This document shows positions 27,601-40,800 of a DNA stretch of 64,000 nucleotides, piece after piece. The notes under the pieces were generated by a model. It was not told the origin of the DNA, did no database searches, and saw nothing but the letters and a program-made list of their open reading frames with translations. The position numbers and the translations under genes were made by a program. Within the stretch, counting starts at the first letter, position 1. The number at the start of each line of letters is the position of its first letter. The stretch comes from Lingula anatina (taxonomy: Eukaryota; Animalia; Brachiopoda). The stretch is from contig CM120645.1 in NCBI GenBank assembly GCA_051362555.1, positions 24,332,934-24,396,933 of the forward strand. Direction: 5' to 3'.

Positions 27601-30338
27601 TGTGGAAAGGTCTTCATTAGATAAGTGGGTCCATGGATACAGGCTGTGTCTTCCTGTAAAATCAGTTAAATTCTAAGGCCAACAAAATACTCATGAAATC
27701 TAATTAACAAATTGACCAGAACTTTTGGGTGAAAGAAATAGGCCTACACACTTAGCGGATTTTAGCATTACTCGTATACCATGCATCTAAACGTACATTT
27801 CCTTTGAGCTATAGGTATCCACGTGCTTGCATTTACCTGGCCTTATTCTGCTATTAATGTTGTGTTCTTTCATTCAGGTACTTAGACATGGTCAATGTGA
27901 TGAGCTACGACTATCATGGCGGCAGTTTTGAGTGGGGAAGGACAGGACACCACAGTCCGCTGTATGATAGCGGCACCCTTCACCAGGTAACTATATAGCA
28001 ATGATATACAACTTTATATGTGGTATGTATACTACCGGTGTCACGTTATATATAAATTATGCTGTAAGTGATTGCATTAACATTATGACTATCATATTTT
28101 TATCAAATGTTGCATTCTTTGTATCGCTGAACAAAAATTGGCACCGACAGCCATTTTCCAGCTACATGTGTGCCTGTCTATGTATTTTACTGATATTCAC
28201 TGGCATGACGCTTACACCTCTTTATACTTTTTTTATTTACCTAATATATTTCAATGTACTCACAGGTCAAGTGTTGTCACATGCCAGTATGTTGTAAATT
28301 ATGTTTTATATAACATATATTCATGTATTATTTACATCCCTCTCCAGGACTGGTCAATACGGTACTGGCTCAGGAATGGCGTACCTAGTCATAAGCTACT
28401 GATGGGAGTCGGTTTCTACGGGAGAACTTTCCGTCTTAAGAGCGCTCAGAACCACGCGGTGGGCGCCCCTGGCGGAGGACCGGCCGAGGGAGGACCGTAC
28501 ACGCGAGAGCCGGGGTTCTGGGCGTACTACGAGGTAATTAAGGGTTGAAGGGTTACTACGTCTTTAACAGTACCAACGCATATGACACGGCGTTGTAGCT
28601 GCCGACTGTCAGGTATATTTATGTAAAACCCATATTTAGAGAATGGTGGATATACAGGATGAGAAACAAACATTGTATCTACAGTTCTGGTCTAGTGCAG
28701 AGATCAGTGACCCTAGACTTATCTTCTATCTGGTTTTATGTCTCTATACTGAGCACAATTGTTTTCTAAACGTCTGAAGTAAAACATCTGCCACATTCAG
28801 CCACCAAAGAGAATATCATATAATGGATGCCTTCCATATTTCATAAAAATCTGGAATCAAATCGTGTCGAGACAACTTGTGTGAGCAGTTACCCTTTAGT
28901 TCTGTACACTTCTGTGTATTCCAGTTTTGCTCAAAACATAAGAATGGTTGATATCTGATAATACGGGGTATAATTACTAGTACCTTAGAACCCTCCTATA
29001 TCATGTAATGTACTTAATGTGATTTTTACCAGATTTGCTCCAAGATCAAAGACTGCGGCTTCCAGGAGGAGTGGAGCAGTAGACACGGGGTGCCCTATGC
29101 ACACAGAGACACGCAGTGGGTGGGCTATGACAACCCTAAGAGTATCGCTGCCAAGGTGGGTGGGTCGCCCTCATAGTGTATTAGCATCTTTATCTTTCTT
29201 TTTCGTGTGAACCATCTGTTATGTGTATCTGCCTATTTTTTATGATTGAATTTGTTGTGTTCAGGTGCAAAAAATACATGTAAGAGGTAACTAAAAAGAT
29301 TGAGTTATTTTAGGTCCAAAATGTAAATGTGAAATATGTGTTTTCACGCGAAATAAAAAATGTTAACCATGTGCATAATACCATGGTGTGTGATGCACAG
29401 CAAGTTGAGACAACTGTCATAAGTCAGAGAAAAAAAAACAAATAAAAAAAAGGCTCAGTGTGTTTTAGTGAGAGATTTTATCTACTTTGTGTTCTTATAG
29501 AAATTGCCAAAAATATTTTTATTATTGTGCAGTTTCTTGTTACTTCCGCAGGCGGCTTATATACGTAAACTGAGGCTAGGTGGCGCCATGGTCTGGTCTC
29601 TAGCTCTGGACGACTTCACGGGGTCGTTCTGTGGCCAGGGGAAATACCCCCTACTGACCACTCTTAACCAGGGTCTGGCAGGCGCTAGGACAGTCCAGTC
29701 CCTGGCACGACAGCGTCCCATGCCCCGCAAAGGTAGGTTGTTTAACCTCTGACTGGCGTTCAATATAAGATTGTAGTTGTAAATTTATATGAAATTAACA
29801 CGAAGCGAAGAATGCTGGCTGCTGTCAATCTTTAAGATACACATTTAAACAAATGTTAGATAAACACATTTTAATAAATATTGGATGAAATCATGGAACA
29901 CTACGTACTATACGCACATTCTTTGTGTAGATTATCACTCACTTCGTATTTAGTTTCTCGTTAGAGCAAGGGCAAAGAAAACCCGTCTGTGATATTGGCA
30001 GCCGTACAAATACGTGTTCTATAACCTACATGTATCTGTATCCCATTTTGTGCCAATATTCTCACTTGTTGTGTTGGTACTCTATCCACCCTCAGGTAAT
30101 ACTAACAAGTGCACCATGGTGTCGTACGGTGAAGCCACCAGCGGTCAACAACCGCCTCCTGCCAGCGGTGACAACGCAGCTGCACCCCCAGTAGAAGCTA
30201 AAGAATGTCCAGGTATCACCTGTAAATCTGACGTTATTAGAAATCCAGAAAAGAAAACGTTCAGGCACATCTACTGAAGTTTGCCGTGTGACTAAATTAT
30301 CACTGATGGTTTAGGCATCTTTTCCTGTTTTCTTGGTG

Positions 30339-30397
<59 letters not shown>

Positions 30398-31731
30398 TCT
30401 AATTTCTTGCTTTCCATTTTGTCAAGTCGATTTAATGTTTTCGGTATATTTCAGCTGGCGTCTACTGTCACGAGCCCGAGGGTCTGTACCCCCACCCTGA
30501 GCGGTGTAATCAGTTCTGTCATTGCTGGAAGGGAATACCTTATGAAAAAAGCTGCCCCGGTGTCCTTAACTACAACGCCGCCGTCGGGACGTGTGACTGG
30601 CCTCTTAAAGTCAACTGTAGAGTACAACTTAGGAAAGCAAAAGAAGACGCCAAAAAGGCACCAGCACGTATCCGGCGGACCACCCTTCCTGCACCTGTAC
30701 GCGTCCGCCAGACCACCCCTGCTGTTAAACTGGCGCTGCCCGAGTTTAACCCGAATCTGCGTCCAAGGAAGTTTGTAAAAGGACGGAATTGCGGCAGTGG
30801 TAATTATGATTACAAGCCAAATATTGATGTATATCCGAATCATAACTATAATAACTGTGCGTATTTATGTTGGCATCGTATGACGTGATTTCAATGATTA
30901 AAACGTCACCCAAACTTGCTGAAAGCACTGAACACACTTGTCTAACAAACGCAACAGTCACGTGACTGTGAGTTAAGACGTGTTCAATATATCCAGGACC
31001 GTCATAAAGTGTTTAAAATGATATGTAAAGGTTTTAAAAAGTTAATTTGTAAATTTTGAAATATTAAATTTCTATTTCATTATATTTCAGTAAAATGCAA
31101 CCCTGATGGTTTTGGTCTATTTCCTCACCCAGGTAGCTGTGATAAGTTCTGCCAATGTTCACATTTTATACCATATGAACAGGATTGCCCGCCAGGTAAT
31201 GCTTACAAAATGTGTTCTAAAAATTCCTTTAAATATTTTGGTGCTCTGTGACAGTCTCCTGTCTAATATTGGTGGTCATTCATCATTTTCATTTATAGTT
31301 GTATTACAACTACAGTGTTTTTCCCCGTGTTCATGCCATACACTGTACCGGTATGTATGGCCGTGTTCAACAAGTCCAAGGTGAAATATCACAAAAGAAA
31401 AGTGGTAATCATTTGTATGTTATTGTTATGTGGATGTGCAAGTTAGTATCAAAACAAATAAAATAATGGGTGTTAATGCGCTATAATTGTATATTAAGTT
31501 GACTCAACAAAATAAAGATATTTTTGGGCACAAAGATAACAGGTATCATGTAAATGTGCACACTGTATACAGCACGTGAGTGGTGCATATAGTGTGAAAA
31601 AATCTGATAAACAGTACATATACTAGTAATGTTTTTCATATGTAATTCCAGGACAATTTTTTGAACCTGACCCATCAAAGTTGTGGTGTGACTACGTATC
31701 GTCAGCTTGTCCCAACCTTGCAGGCTTTTGA
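24677..31731 (+). CDS. Secreted GH18 chitinase (chitotriosidase/AMCase-like) with two C-terminal CBM14-like domains, ~620 aa
   Basis: 13 coding exons in phase: 24677-24749, 25010-25171, 25881-26030, 26977-27083, 27420-27544, 27878-27986, 28348-28533, 29033-29155, 29552-29732, 30096-30212, 30455-30799, 31091-31195, 31652-31731. Motifs [15 protein letters not shown], intact catalytic [24 protein letters not shown] and [12 protein letters not shown]. Confidence 0.93.
30343..30398. repeat. (CT)n(CA)n compound microsatellite
   Basis: Directly visible in a chitinase intron. Confidence 0.95.
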
Positions 31732-33108
31732 CGTGAAGGAACGTGACATGTGTTAGGAAGGAAAAGATCACCAGACTGAATGCTTTTACTTCCCTGGCCA
31801 CGGCGTCTAAAGGGGATGCGACCAACAAGACGGGTGTTAGTATGGTGGCGAGGTATCGGCCTGGCGTAATTGTCATCACGCGATAGGGATTTAAGGTTTC
31901 CAATAATACTCCGAACAGTATGGCGGATGTAAAACTGTCCTTGGCGCTGTAGGCAATGAGTTACGACATGAACGAGTATTAAACGTAATCAACCTCACTG
32001 ACGTGTGGTAGTTGACTTAACTATTGATAAATTGTGCTAATTGACGTAATCACTGTACAGAGCACTGTAATACACGCCAGACATGGGGATTGGCAGGCCC
32101 CAATAGAGAACGTACTTCTGGTTGTTCTATACCGATGGTCATATCAAAAACTTTTTAGAAACCACGCCGTGTGAGTCACGATTTTAAGATTACAAGCCAT
32201 TATAAATATGTAAATATGTAAGAAAAATATATATGATGATGATGTATATCCAGTATTATTTTTGATGCGCATGTATGAATATGGCACAGAAGCGATGTAT
32301 TCATGTATTTTAAATGTATCAAATAATAAAATTCTTCTTCTTTGATTTAAGATCTCTGATTCCATCCCAGTAGTGATACAAAGAATGAAACAAAATGCAA
32401 AAATCATAAGAGCGCGTTTCACCGGGCTTGCATAGACCAGCTTGCAGCTGCTTTGAGAACGAATTTTTGCCAATTCTCACTCCTTTTAAAGTTTGGTGTT
32501 TGGTAAAATTTGATAGTCAACATCAATTGCACTTGACATCAGTGTTTAAACATTAAAATGAATTTATTAAATATAATTAGTCTACATGTACAGTCTACAT
32601 GTACAAGAAACGTTATATGGTAATTTATATAGATAGTTCATAAATTGTACATGTGAAAATCTCGAGGAAAATAAGATGGTATACAGCTGCCTATGCAACT
32701 GTAAAAAGAAATATAGCAAATCTGATTGTCGATGTAAATAAGTGTTCATTCAGTTTTGACGACTACAGCCAGGTGGTGGTGACACAATGCGGTAGGTGTG
32801 GCACGATAATTACGTTATACAGCAAAACTGTATCGAACTTTAGAACAGGTATTTTTAATTTTTATTCGCCCAAGCACTGAAACGGGCCAAGACGAACACT
32901 CATAGCACCTTCTTTTACCTGGCACTGAAGTCCATTGCGTTCACACACCTGGGAACACATGTCTCTCTTTGTGATTGGTCAGAACTAAATAATTAGACTT
33001 AAAATGGAATAAAACATCAAATCCAAGCTCGAGGACGAGTAGCAGAAACTTACATTTCTCCGAGGAAAATTCATTTTGGTTGGTAAATCCCGTTTAGAGT
33101 ACCTTCTT

Positions 33109-33112
<4 letters not shown>

Positions 33113-33142
<30 letters not shown>
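33113..33142. repeat. (CT)n microsatellite
   Basis: Directly visible. Confidence 0.9.
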
Positions 33143-33145
<3 letters not shown>

Positions 33146-33537
33146 ATCTTTCTTTCAACCTCAAGGGTTCATGACACAAAAAATGCATACATAAAATCGC
33201 ACCAGTACCCATAATAAAACCGATGATAAAATCATTGCAGAAGCGTGATAAGATCATTCTTAAATATGACCAGGTTAAAATATTAGATAGAAGAATTAAT
33301 AAAAAATAAATAAAACATAAAAAGCTTTTGTTAAAAGTAGCACCTTGTTACATTCGATAGCGCCCGCATTGTATCCTGGAGGGTTAAATATTGAGCCTGG
33401 CGAAGGAATATGACGGGTAGGAGATGTGTTGCCAGACCAAGGCAAGCAAATATTTCATCAAATATAAAAATGCAATGTATCTTACTTTGTTTCCAGATAG
33501 AGAACACTTTTATTATCAAATCTTTAGTAAAGTAGAA

Positions 33538-33654
33538 GTCAGAATGGCCGAGCGGTCTAAGGCGCCAGACTCAAGCGTTGACTTTCCTTCTACATGAAGT
33601 ATAGAGTGTTCTGGTCCACGAATGTGGGCGTGGGTTCGAATCCCACTTCTGACA
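33538..33654 (+). tRNA. trnL-CAA: tRNA-Leu(CAA) with 33-nt intron (33576-33608)
   Basis: Same mature sequence as 13953-14069 except GTTCGAATC in the T-loop. Pol III terminator TTTTT at 33660-33664. Confidence 0.95.
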
Positions 33655-34802
33655 ACTACTTTTTATTCACTTGGGGCGAAGAAAGTTATTACATATGCAA
33701 TTACTAGGTCCACATTATATTAGTAGTGAGTGCGAAAAAGACAAAATGTCACCAATGAACTGCATGTACTTTCGGCGTGGGAGTTCAACCCCTTCTCCAA
33801 ATAGACACTTTGGGTGAAAATAAAGGACGTTCTAGAATATGACTTAATCTGCACAGACTTTCCCAACTGCCTAAAAATTCAAATAAAACTTCTTTATCGC
33901 TCAATCTTGAAGCTCGTACTAACTCTTAGTCTTTCTAAGCTACACATTTCTTGCTTTTGTGCTGATTTTGAGTTATAATTTATCACAAGTATTTTTTGTT
34001 TTTTGTTATATACACTGTGCAGGCAAGTGCTACTCTTTTAGTCAGGAGATTTTATCAGGTACTGGATAAAACTGCTAGTTGATATTTTGGGAGTGATCGC
34101 ACCTGTATTGCATTCCCAATGGCACAGTTTAAACAACAACACACCGACTTGAAATTTTAAACTTTATTGGTTACTGACTACACTAGAAATTGATACTGAT
34201 TGTTCCAAAACCAGAACTAACACATTTAACTACAATCAATACCAATTGGTACAAGCTTTAATAAGTACAGGTACCGAAGCACTCCTCTTGGCCTGCAACA
34301 CTACCAGTACCTGAAACCAGGAGTCCAAATAGTTAGGAGGAATATTTGGCATAAATTTTACATTTAACGTTGTTTACGTTAAATAAGATAAATTAATAAG
34401 TATTCCAAATGGATAAGGCATATAAAGTTGGTTTTGCTGTATAATTAAAGACATAAAATGCGGATATCTTCACCGGTATTGGTGTATATTTAATGATATA
34501 AAATGTGGTATTTTGTATTTTCTGTATAATAAGTCATGTTAGATATGATATCTGATAAAAAACAGCACTTTTTAAAAAGGTTTATCGCCTGTGAACAAAA
34601 ACACATTGGATTTGGGGTGGAACAACCTTTTTGACCAAGGCTGTGCACGCACCGCGCGGTTCTTGTCTGTGCGTGCTGCACGTGTTTACACTGTTCCAGG
34701 GCAGCGATGTGGCGTCTTAATCAGATATATACAAGTACTTGTGGGGTGATGCTTATACCAGTCCAGCAGACGAACCAGACGTTACATAACCAGAGGTCCG
34801 CC

Positions 34803-37800
34803 ATGGCTCCGAGAATATCACGTTGGACTCCAGGCATCATAGTGGGTGAGCACTAGCATTTTACACCCAAAATGATCCGATTCCAAAACAAAAAAAAAAT
34901 GACAAAACTTGGGGACTTCATATATTTTTCTTAAGTAAAAAAAATGACAGTCCTGAAAACAGTTATTTTGGATGAAATCAGAAAATTAAGATCAGGTGAA
35001 AACTTTGGTCAAATACCAAACCAAAATCAATTTGATGAAACTTCTTGTATTTTTGTCTTCGACTGTAAAGCTCACTTCCACCATGTCTTCCAGTGCTCAT
35101 CCTGCTGAATGCCAGTTGTTTACTGACACAAGCTCAGCAGGATCCGTGTGTCTTCTCAAACCACTACCGGCTCCAGGACGAGGAGAGAAATTATAACACC
35201 ACGGCGCGTTCGTCAGGGACGGTAATCTGTGACCGTGGCAGGGCCAACGCATGGTACAGGTAAGACATGTTTGTAAATACGTTATTGAAGAATGATGAAA
35301 AATTAATTAACGAATGGACGGACAAAGGAATGAATGAATGAATGAATGAATGAATGAATGAATGAACAAATAGATAAAATCGAACATATATTGAAAGGAA
35401 AGATGAATAAAATAATCTTGAACATATCATTTACAGGTCTAAAATATGTTTGTTTCAGTGTACAATTTTAAATCCATATTTTGTTTTCTTGGCATATTTA
35501 CATCATTTTCAAGCTAATCAGTATACTTTGGATCTTCAAATAAAAATCAAAATAAACCATGTGGGAATACATTTTTAAAAATAAGCTGCATTTAAAATAT
35601 CAATTTTAGTTTTCTTGGTTTGTAAATCTTATTTCGCGTAGGTTCTTAGGAAATGCTGGGGAGCGTATGGCAGACGAGTCCTTCAAGTCATTTCCGGCAC
35701 GCTCCTGCTCAACTGAATCGCCCATATTTTTGGAGGGAAAGCATCCCACCGCCGCCACCATGTCACCGGGACAGGTAGTCACCAAGCATGCCGCGTTCAA
35801 GTATTTCGGTGTGACGTACTACCACCCACTGTCCACTTTAAGTGTGGAAATTAAGAACTGCGTTGACAACGGGCATCAGTATTTCATCTATAAACTTCCA
35901 GTTGTACCAACTTGTAACATGGCATACTGTGGAGAAGGTGAGTGCGCATGCGCAGCTTAACCATTCACTGCCCTCCTCACTGGTTGAGCTTTTAGTTTAC
36001 TTATACGTTGGAAGCAATAAATGTCTCAAATGAAAAAGAGAAAATAAAATTAAACTCTCATTCAAAGACTCATTTTGTATTTCAAAGTGCATTCTGTAAC
36101 AAAATGTGCAGGAATTTGTTTCAGTTCCACTGACAGAAACCTATAGGAGAGTACTGTAGTACAAGTTTTATGTTTTATGTTTTATCGTAGTTGGTATTAT
36201 GTTGTAGGCCAAGGACCGATTCCTTGTAAAGTGGATGAAATACCTTTCGCAGTGAATGGACAACGGATATGTGTTGGTATGTTTATCAATGTTTGTATTT
36301 CCCTTCCTTTTTCTCGTTTACTATTGCTTTTTCCATTCTTTATCATTATTAATTATATATTTTAACAAGATTATAATGTTCTGGAGCTTGTAAATACAAT
36401 CTGTAAAGATATAAACACCTTATTGTTTATTTCATCATAAATAATTCGATTTATATTGAGTACATGTACATGCACATGCATTTGCACACCAGTCAGGTGG
36501 TTAACTCGACGAAGGCAATTTAATTTTGCGAAAAAAAGAGGTAAGTGTATTATCGAGAGGGTATTCTTTATTTACTAGTATGTCTATCCTGAGAATATTA
36601 ATTCTCGTAGACAGAAACTTAACATACAACCCAGGGAAAAAAGTCACGCTGCCACACTGTTTTGCTGTGAGTGTTGAACGTGTTCAGGTTAACCCCGTCA
36701 TACGTATACCTCGTGGCAGGGACACATGAAGCAACCGATAGTGGAGTTAAATGGAGGAGTGATAAGATGAAAAGGTCATCGTCGCGGGACCTTGTTCACA
36801 AACACATGCTATATGTCATTGCTCGTTTCGTCCTAACAGACAGCCGTGTGACATACATTGTATTTAGCTATTGTATTCAGTTGGGAAAAGAGTGGAAAAT
36901 AAAAACATAATGCATGGTAGAAAAACCAGTCAAATTCGACGTTGTCTTACAAACGACGCATTGACAAGCACACGTCACATTCAAATGCCTGTATTTATTC
37001 GATTTAAATCCTGGATGATCACAAAAATGGCCTGGGTCAGTAAGCTCAGTTAGGGGTACCGGTACATTCATGGATAAAAACCGCGTGATACTGCTCCTAA
37101 AGATGTTTGTGTTTTCAGGAGATCACCCTGATTTCAAGACGGTCAGCATCTCGGCACCCGTCGTCGATGGCGCAGATTTTTTCTTTCACTGTGAAATTGA
37201 TTGGAAACCAATCCCTGGCCTAGAGACCAATGCTAAATTTGAGGTAGTTACTGATGATGTGTAGTATTGTATAAATATCGTAGTGTACGCCTTGAACTGT
37301 AGGAAGTGACATCAGTCAATTTTGCATTCAGGCTTCGATCAATATGCTCTCTTAATGTCCGTGGTATTTTTAGTGGAAGTGATAGTACTGTTGCTGCAAG
37401 AGTATTTTATACCTGTGCCACATTAGCCACAGCAAATCGGTTATTTGAAATAATCCCTCAGGATACACTACATTGTAAATGATTTACTGATTTTCTACAT
37501 TTTTGTATGGTGAGATATAAAAATATTTTTAAGTTGCCTGAAATTTAAAGACTTAACCACATTCTCTTTCAGATGGAATTTATGGCCAATGGGAAGGTCA
37601 TTCACACGATGCCTGTGGACCACACCACCAACTTCACAGGAAAGATGCACCACAGACACCTAATTGGTCATCTACAGAAAGACGTGAATACTTTCACTTA
37701 CATATTTAAATGAAATTGTGTTGATTCTGATGAGTACTTCAAGCACAGATTCCAACAAATAAGTTGACATAATTAAAAAGAATAAAAATGTTATTAAGAA

Positions 37801-40800
37801 TATTTTCTACAGCTGACGATGATAAAAAAGAGTAGCTTTGTATATTTGGATGGAATTCGATGCTTTTAATGCCCTCAATATTATACTTCTTCAAACAACG
37901 TGTTTTCCCTCAGATCAGCTGCCGGGCGAAGAGCTATTGGGCCAGTAACCAGAACCTGGGCATGACGTCATTTGTCAACTCTAAAAACGACTACTTTGCT
38001 GGGGTTAAGGTAAGTGGTGACACCTACTACATCCACGTCTTCAGGTATTTGTACAGCAACCAGCTAAACAAAATTAGTTGACAAGCATAGCTTTATCTTT
38101 ACTGAGTCAAATGTATTGGTTCTTTCTCTTTGTTTTCCTTTTTTCATTTGTTAATTGCGCTATTTTTAATCATTATTTTGAATTTTGCTCAAATCGCTGC
38201 TTGAAACCGACGAAGGAGGAATGATCTAATGCGTGAATGATATAATTATAGCTTGAGATCCAATTGAAGTTTACCTTAACATGTTATTTGATATGTTTAT
38301 ATCAGATCTTTAAGAAGGGGACGACAACTGAAGTGACCACAGTCACATTGGACAAGGCAAAACTGAAACCATTCGAAATCGAGCTGGCGTCAACCATCCC
38401 TATAACCAAGTCCTTTAACGGGAACCACCAAGGTGAAATGCATATGACAGTTTCCACCAACGAGAAGAAGCTGATGCTGCACCATCGTTGTACAACTGCG
38501 TTCCACGAGACGGACTGGGGTGCCCGCCATAAGAACCACGTGGTCGCCAAACCCCCCCTGGTGATTTACCCTGTGTATGACGGTAAGACCAGACTGATGC
38601 CCTCCGCCTGGCCCCCCAGGGAGATGAGCTTTGACAAGTTGATGTTCAGGCTCCCCTTTAATCCTTCCATACCCGTCAGTGTGTGGGACGGGTTCCATCT
38701 CAAGTCTTTGAAGGTAAACAGACGCAGAAATTTAAGGCGACATTCAGAATAGATGATCCGAGTACTAACTGACCCGCCGACTAAATATGGCCGACCACAC
38801 TTCAAAAGCGATGCCGCCGATTCCCAATGGTCTCCCCGTCTCCACATGCGCCATTAAACGGATTAAATCTCGGCTCCGAGGTTTAATTGCTAGGCCCCTG
38901 CAGCGACGGTGCGTGTGGAGGCGGGGAGACCATCATGGGATTAGCAGTATCGCTTCTGAACTGAGGTCGGCCATATTTAGTCGGCAGATCAGTTAGTACT
39001 CGGATAGTATCTGAATGGCTCCTAATATTCTGTTGTTTCTGAAAGTTGATCTGAAACAGGAGTTAATGGGTGTTCGTTTAAACTTGCCTTGACTCTTTTT
39101 TAAACTGATACATACCACTGAAGTGAAAAAGTCATTACATGTACACAAGATACATTTTTCCAACATAAATATTGCTTTAAAAAAAATTCTCACGTCGAAT
39201 AATTTTAATGTATTTAGATATAGTCGAATGTCTGTATTTAAACGTGTTTTACACCCAATAAAGTGAATAGGGGTGTTAAAGTGAGGCAATTTTCATCGGT
39301 TTTAATTAAGAACCAATTTTAAATTACTTAAATATTTATATTTTCATATCCACAGGTCAACATAAAAGACTCCAGCACAAGTGAGTGCAGCTCAGTCAAC
39401 GACCCTCATATAAGATCCTTCGACCGCAGGTAGGCGATCTACGGCTCTCTATGGCCGCTTTAACAAAGAACTCTTGACCGAGCATCTGTCTTGCGTTAAA
39501 TTACCTTTTTTTATTTACTTTTACTCAAGACAAAGTGCATGCAGTAGTCTTATAAGATAAAGTAACTGCTGATCTTAAAACATTAAACATGCTTATCATG
39601 CTATATAATAGCAACCGTATTCCATTCATGTGAACCGCACTGATATGTCCTGGGATAAAGTGGAGAAATAAGTTTGGCTTTTTAAAATATTATCAGCAAT
39701 TTTGGCGCATGGTTTACTTGAGGAGCATAAACCATTTTTAACACAGCATAAACAAGATTCACACAGATTAATAGAAAATAAGATGACCAAATCACTACGT
39801 TTTCATGTTAACAGTTGTTAGTGCCCCATCTTCATTTAGCATGTTGTCGTTTTCTTACATGTAACGTGCAATTTGTATTTCTGACAAACCCGAATTTTTT
39901 TTCGTTTTTAGATATTTTGACAACCATGCTCTTGGGGAGTTTATCATGGCAAAATATGTTGGACCCAATACTTACTTTGAGGTAAGCGGTTGGCAAGCGA
40001 TGCTGTTCTTAACGCAAGCGCGCATTTTACGGCCAACCAGGTACAACTTAAATGATATATACAAATATCCGGAAGCAGAATTTTTTTTTAATATTTTCAG
40101 TTCGTTACAGAATAGAAAATATATTATTGCTTTAATGTTTAACGCTGTACAAGAATTCACCGTATATATTAAAAGTGTATATGGATAATGTTGAAGGTTC
40201 GCACCCAGCATTGGCAGTGTTCGAAATCCCGAGCAAAGTGCAACTGCGGAGTGGCCGTCAGAGAAAACAACGATATATTCGTCATCAACGCCTGCCGAGG
40301 TCAAAGTGGGGGTATGGCCGGGAAAGCGCTGAATCCCCAGGTGTGGACGCGGTCAGCTGATAACTGTGGTCACGGGACCGGATGTCCAGCTCCTGGCGCC
40401 GCCATTCACAGAGACGGAAATGGGAAAAGCTTCAAGGTGGGTTTGCTGAGAGGAATCTGCAGTGTTGTCCATGTGTTTCAGAGGTTCACACTGGGCTAAG
40501 AGCAAATAATACAACAAATTAATTGAAGACATGTAATTTGTCACGTGGCTAAATGATAAAAGCCCGCTTAACTAAAATGTACAGAGTATCCTTAGATAAT
40601 TGAACACATATCCAACATGCACAATGTATGTACAGTAGTTATGTTTAATTTTTTTTATCAATATTATATCTTATTAAATGTTAATAAATATAATTTGCAA
40701 ATTTCCACCATTTCTTATCCAAAATCTGGTACATAGCAAAATGTACTTAGCTATAAATGGTAGTATATTATAATATATAGTAGGTAGTAATAGTAGTATA

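Noticed and set aside
31298-31384. Alternative last chitinase exon (LYYNYS...)
   Set aside because: Wrong phase for the 31195 donor. The exon at 31652-31731 completes the CBM14 cysteine pattern in phase.
32775-32850. Short similarity to 48373-48460 (GTGACACAATGCGGTAGGTGT)
   Set aside because: Probably a degraded dispersed repeat; no termini or function could be assigned.
33770-33800. tRNA-like T-arm fragment (GGCGTGGGAGTTCAACCCC)
   Set aside because: No cloverleaf or A box; too short to support.
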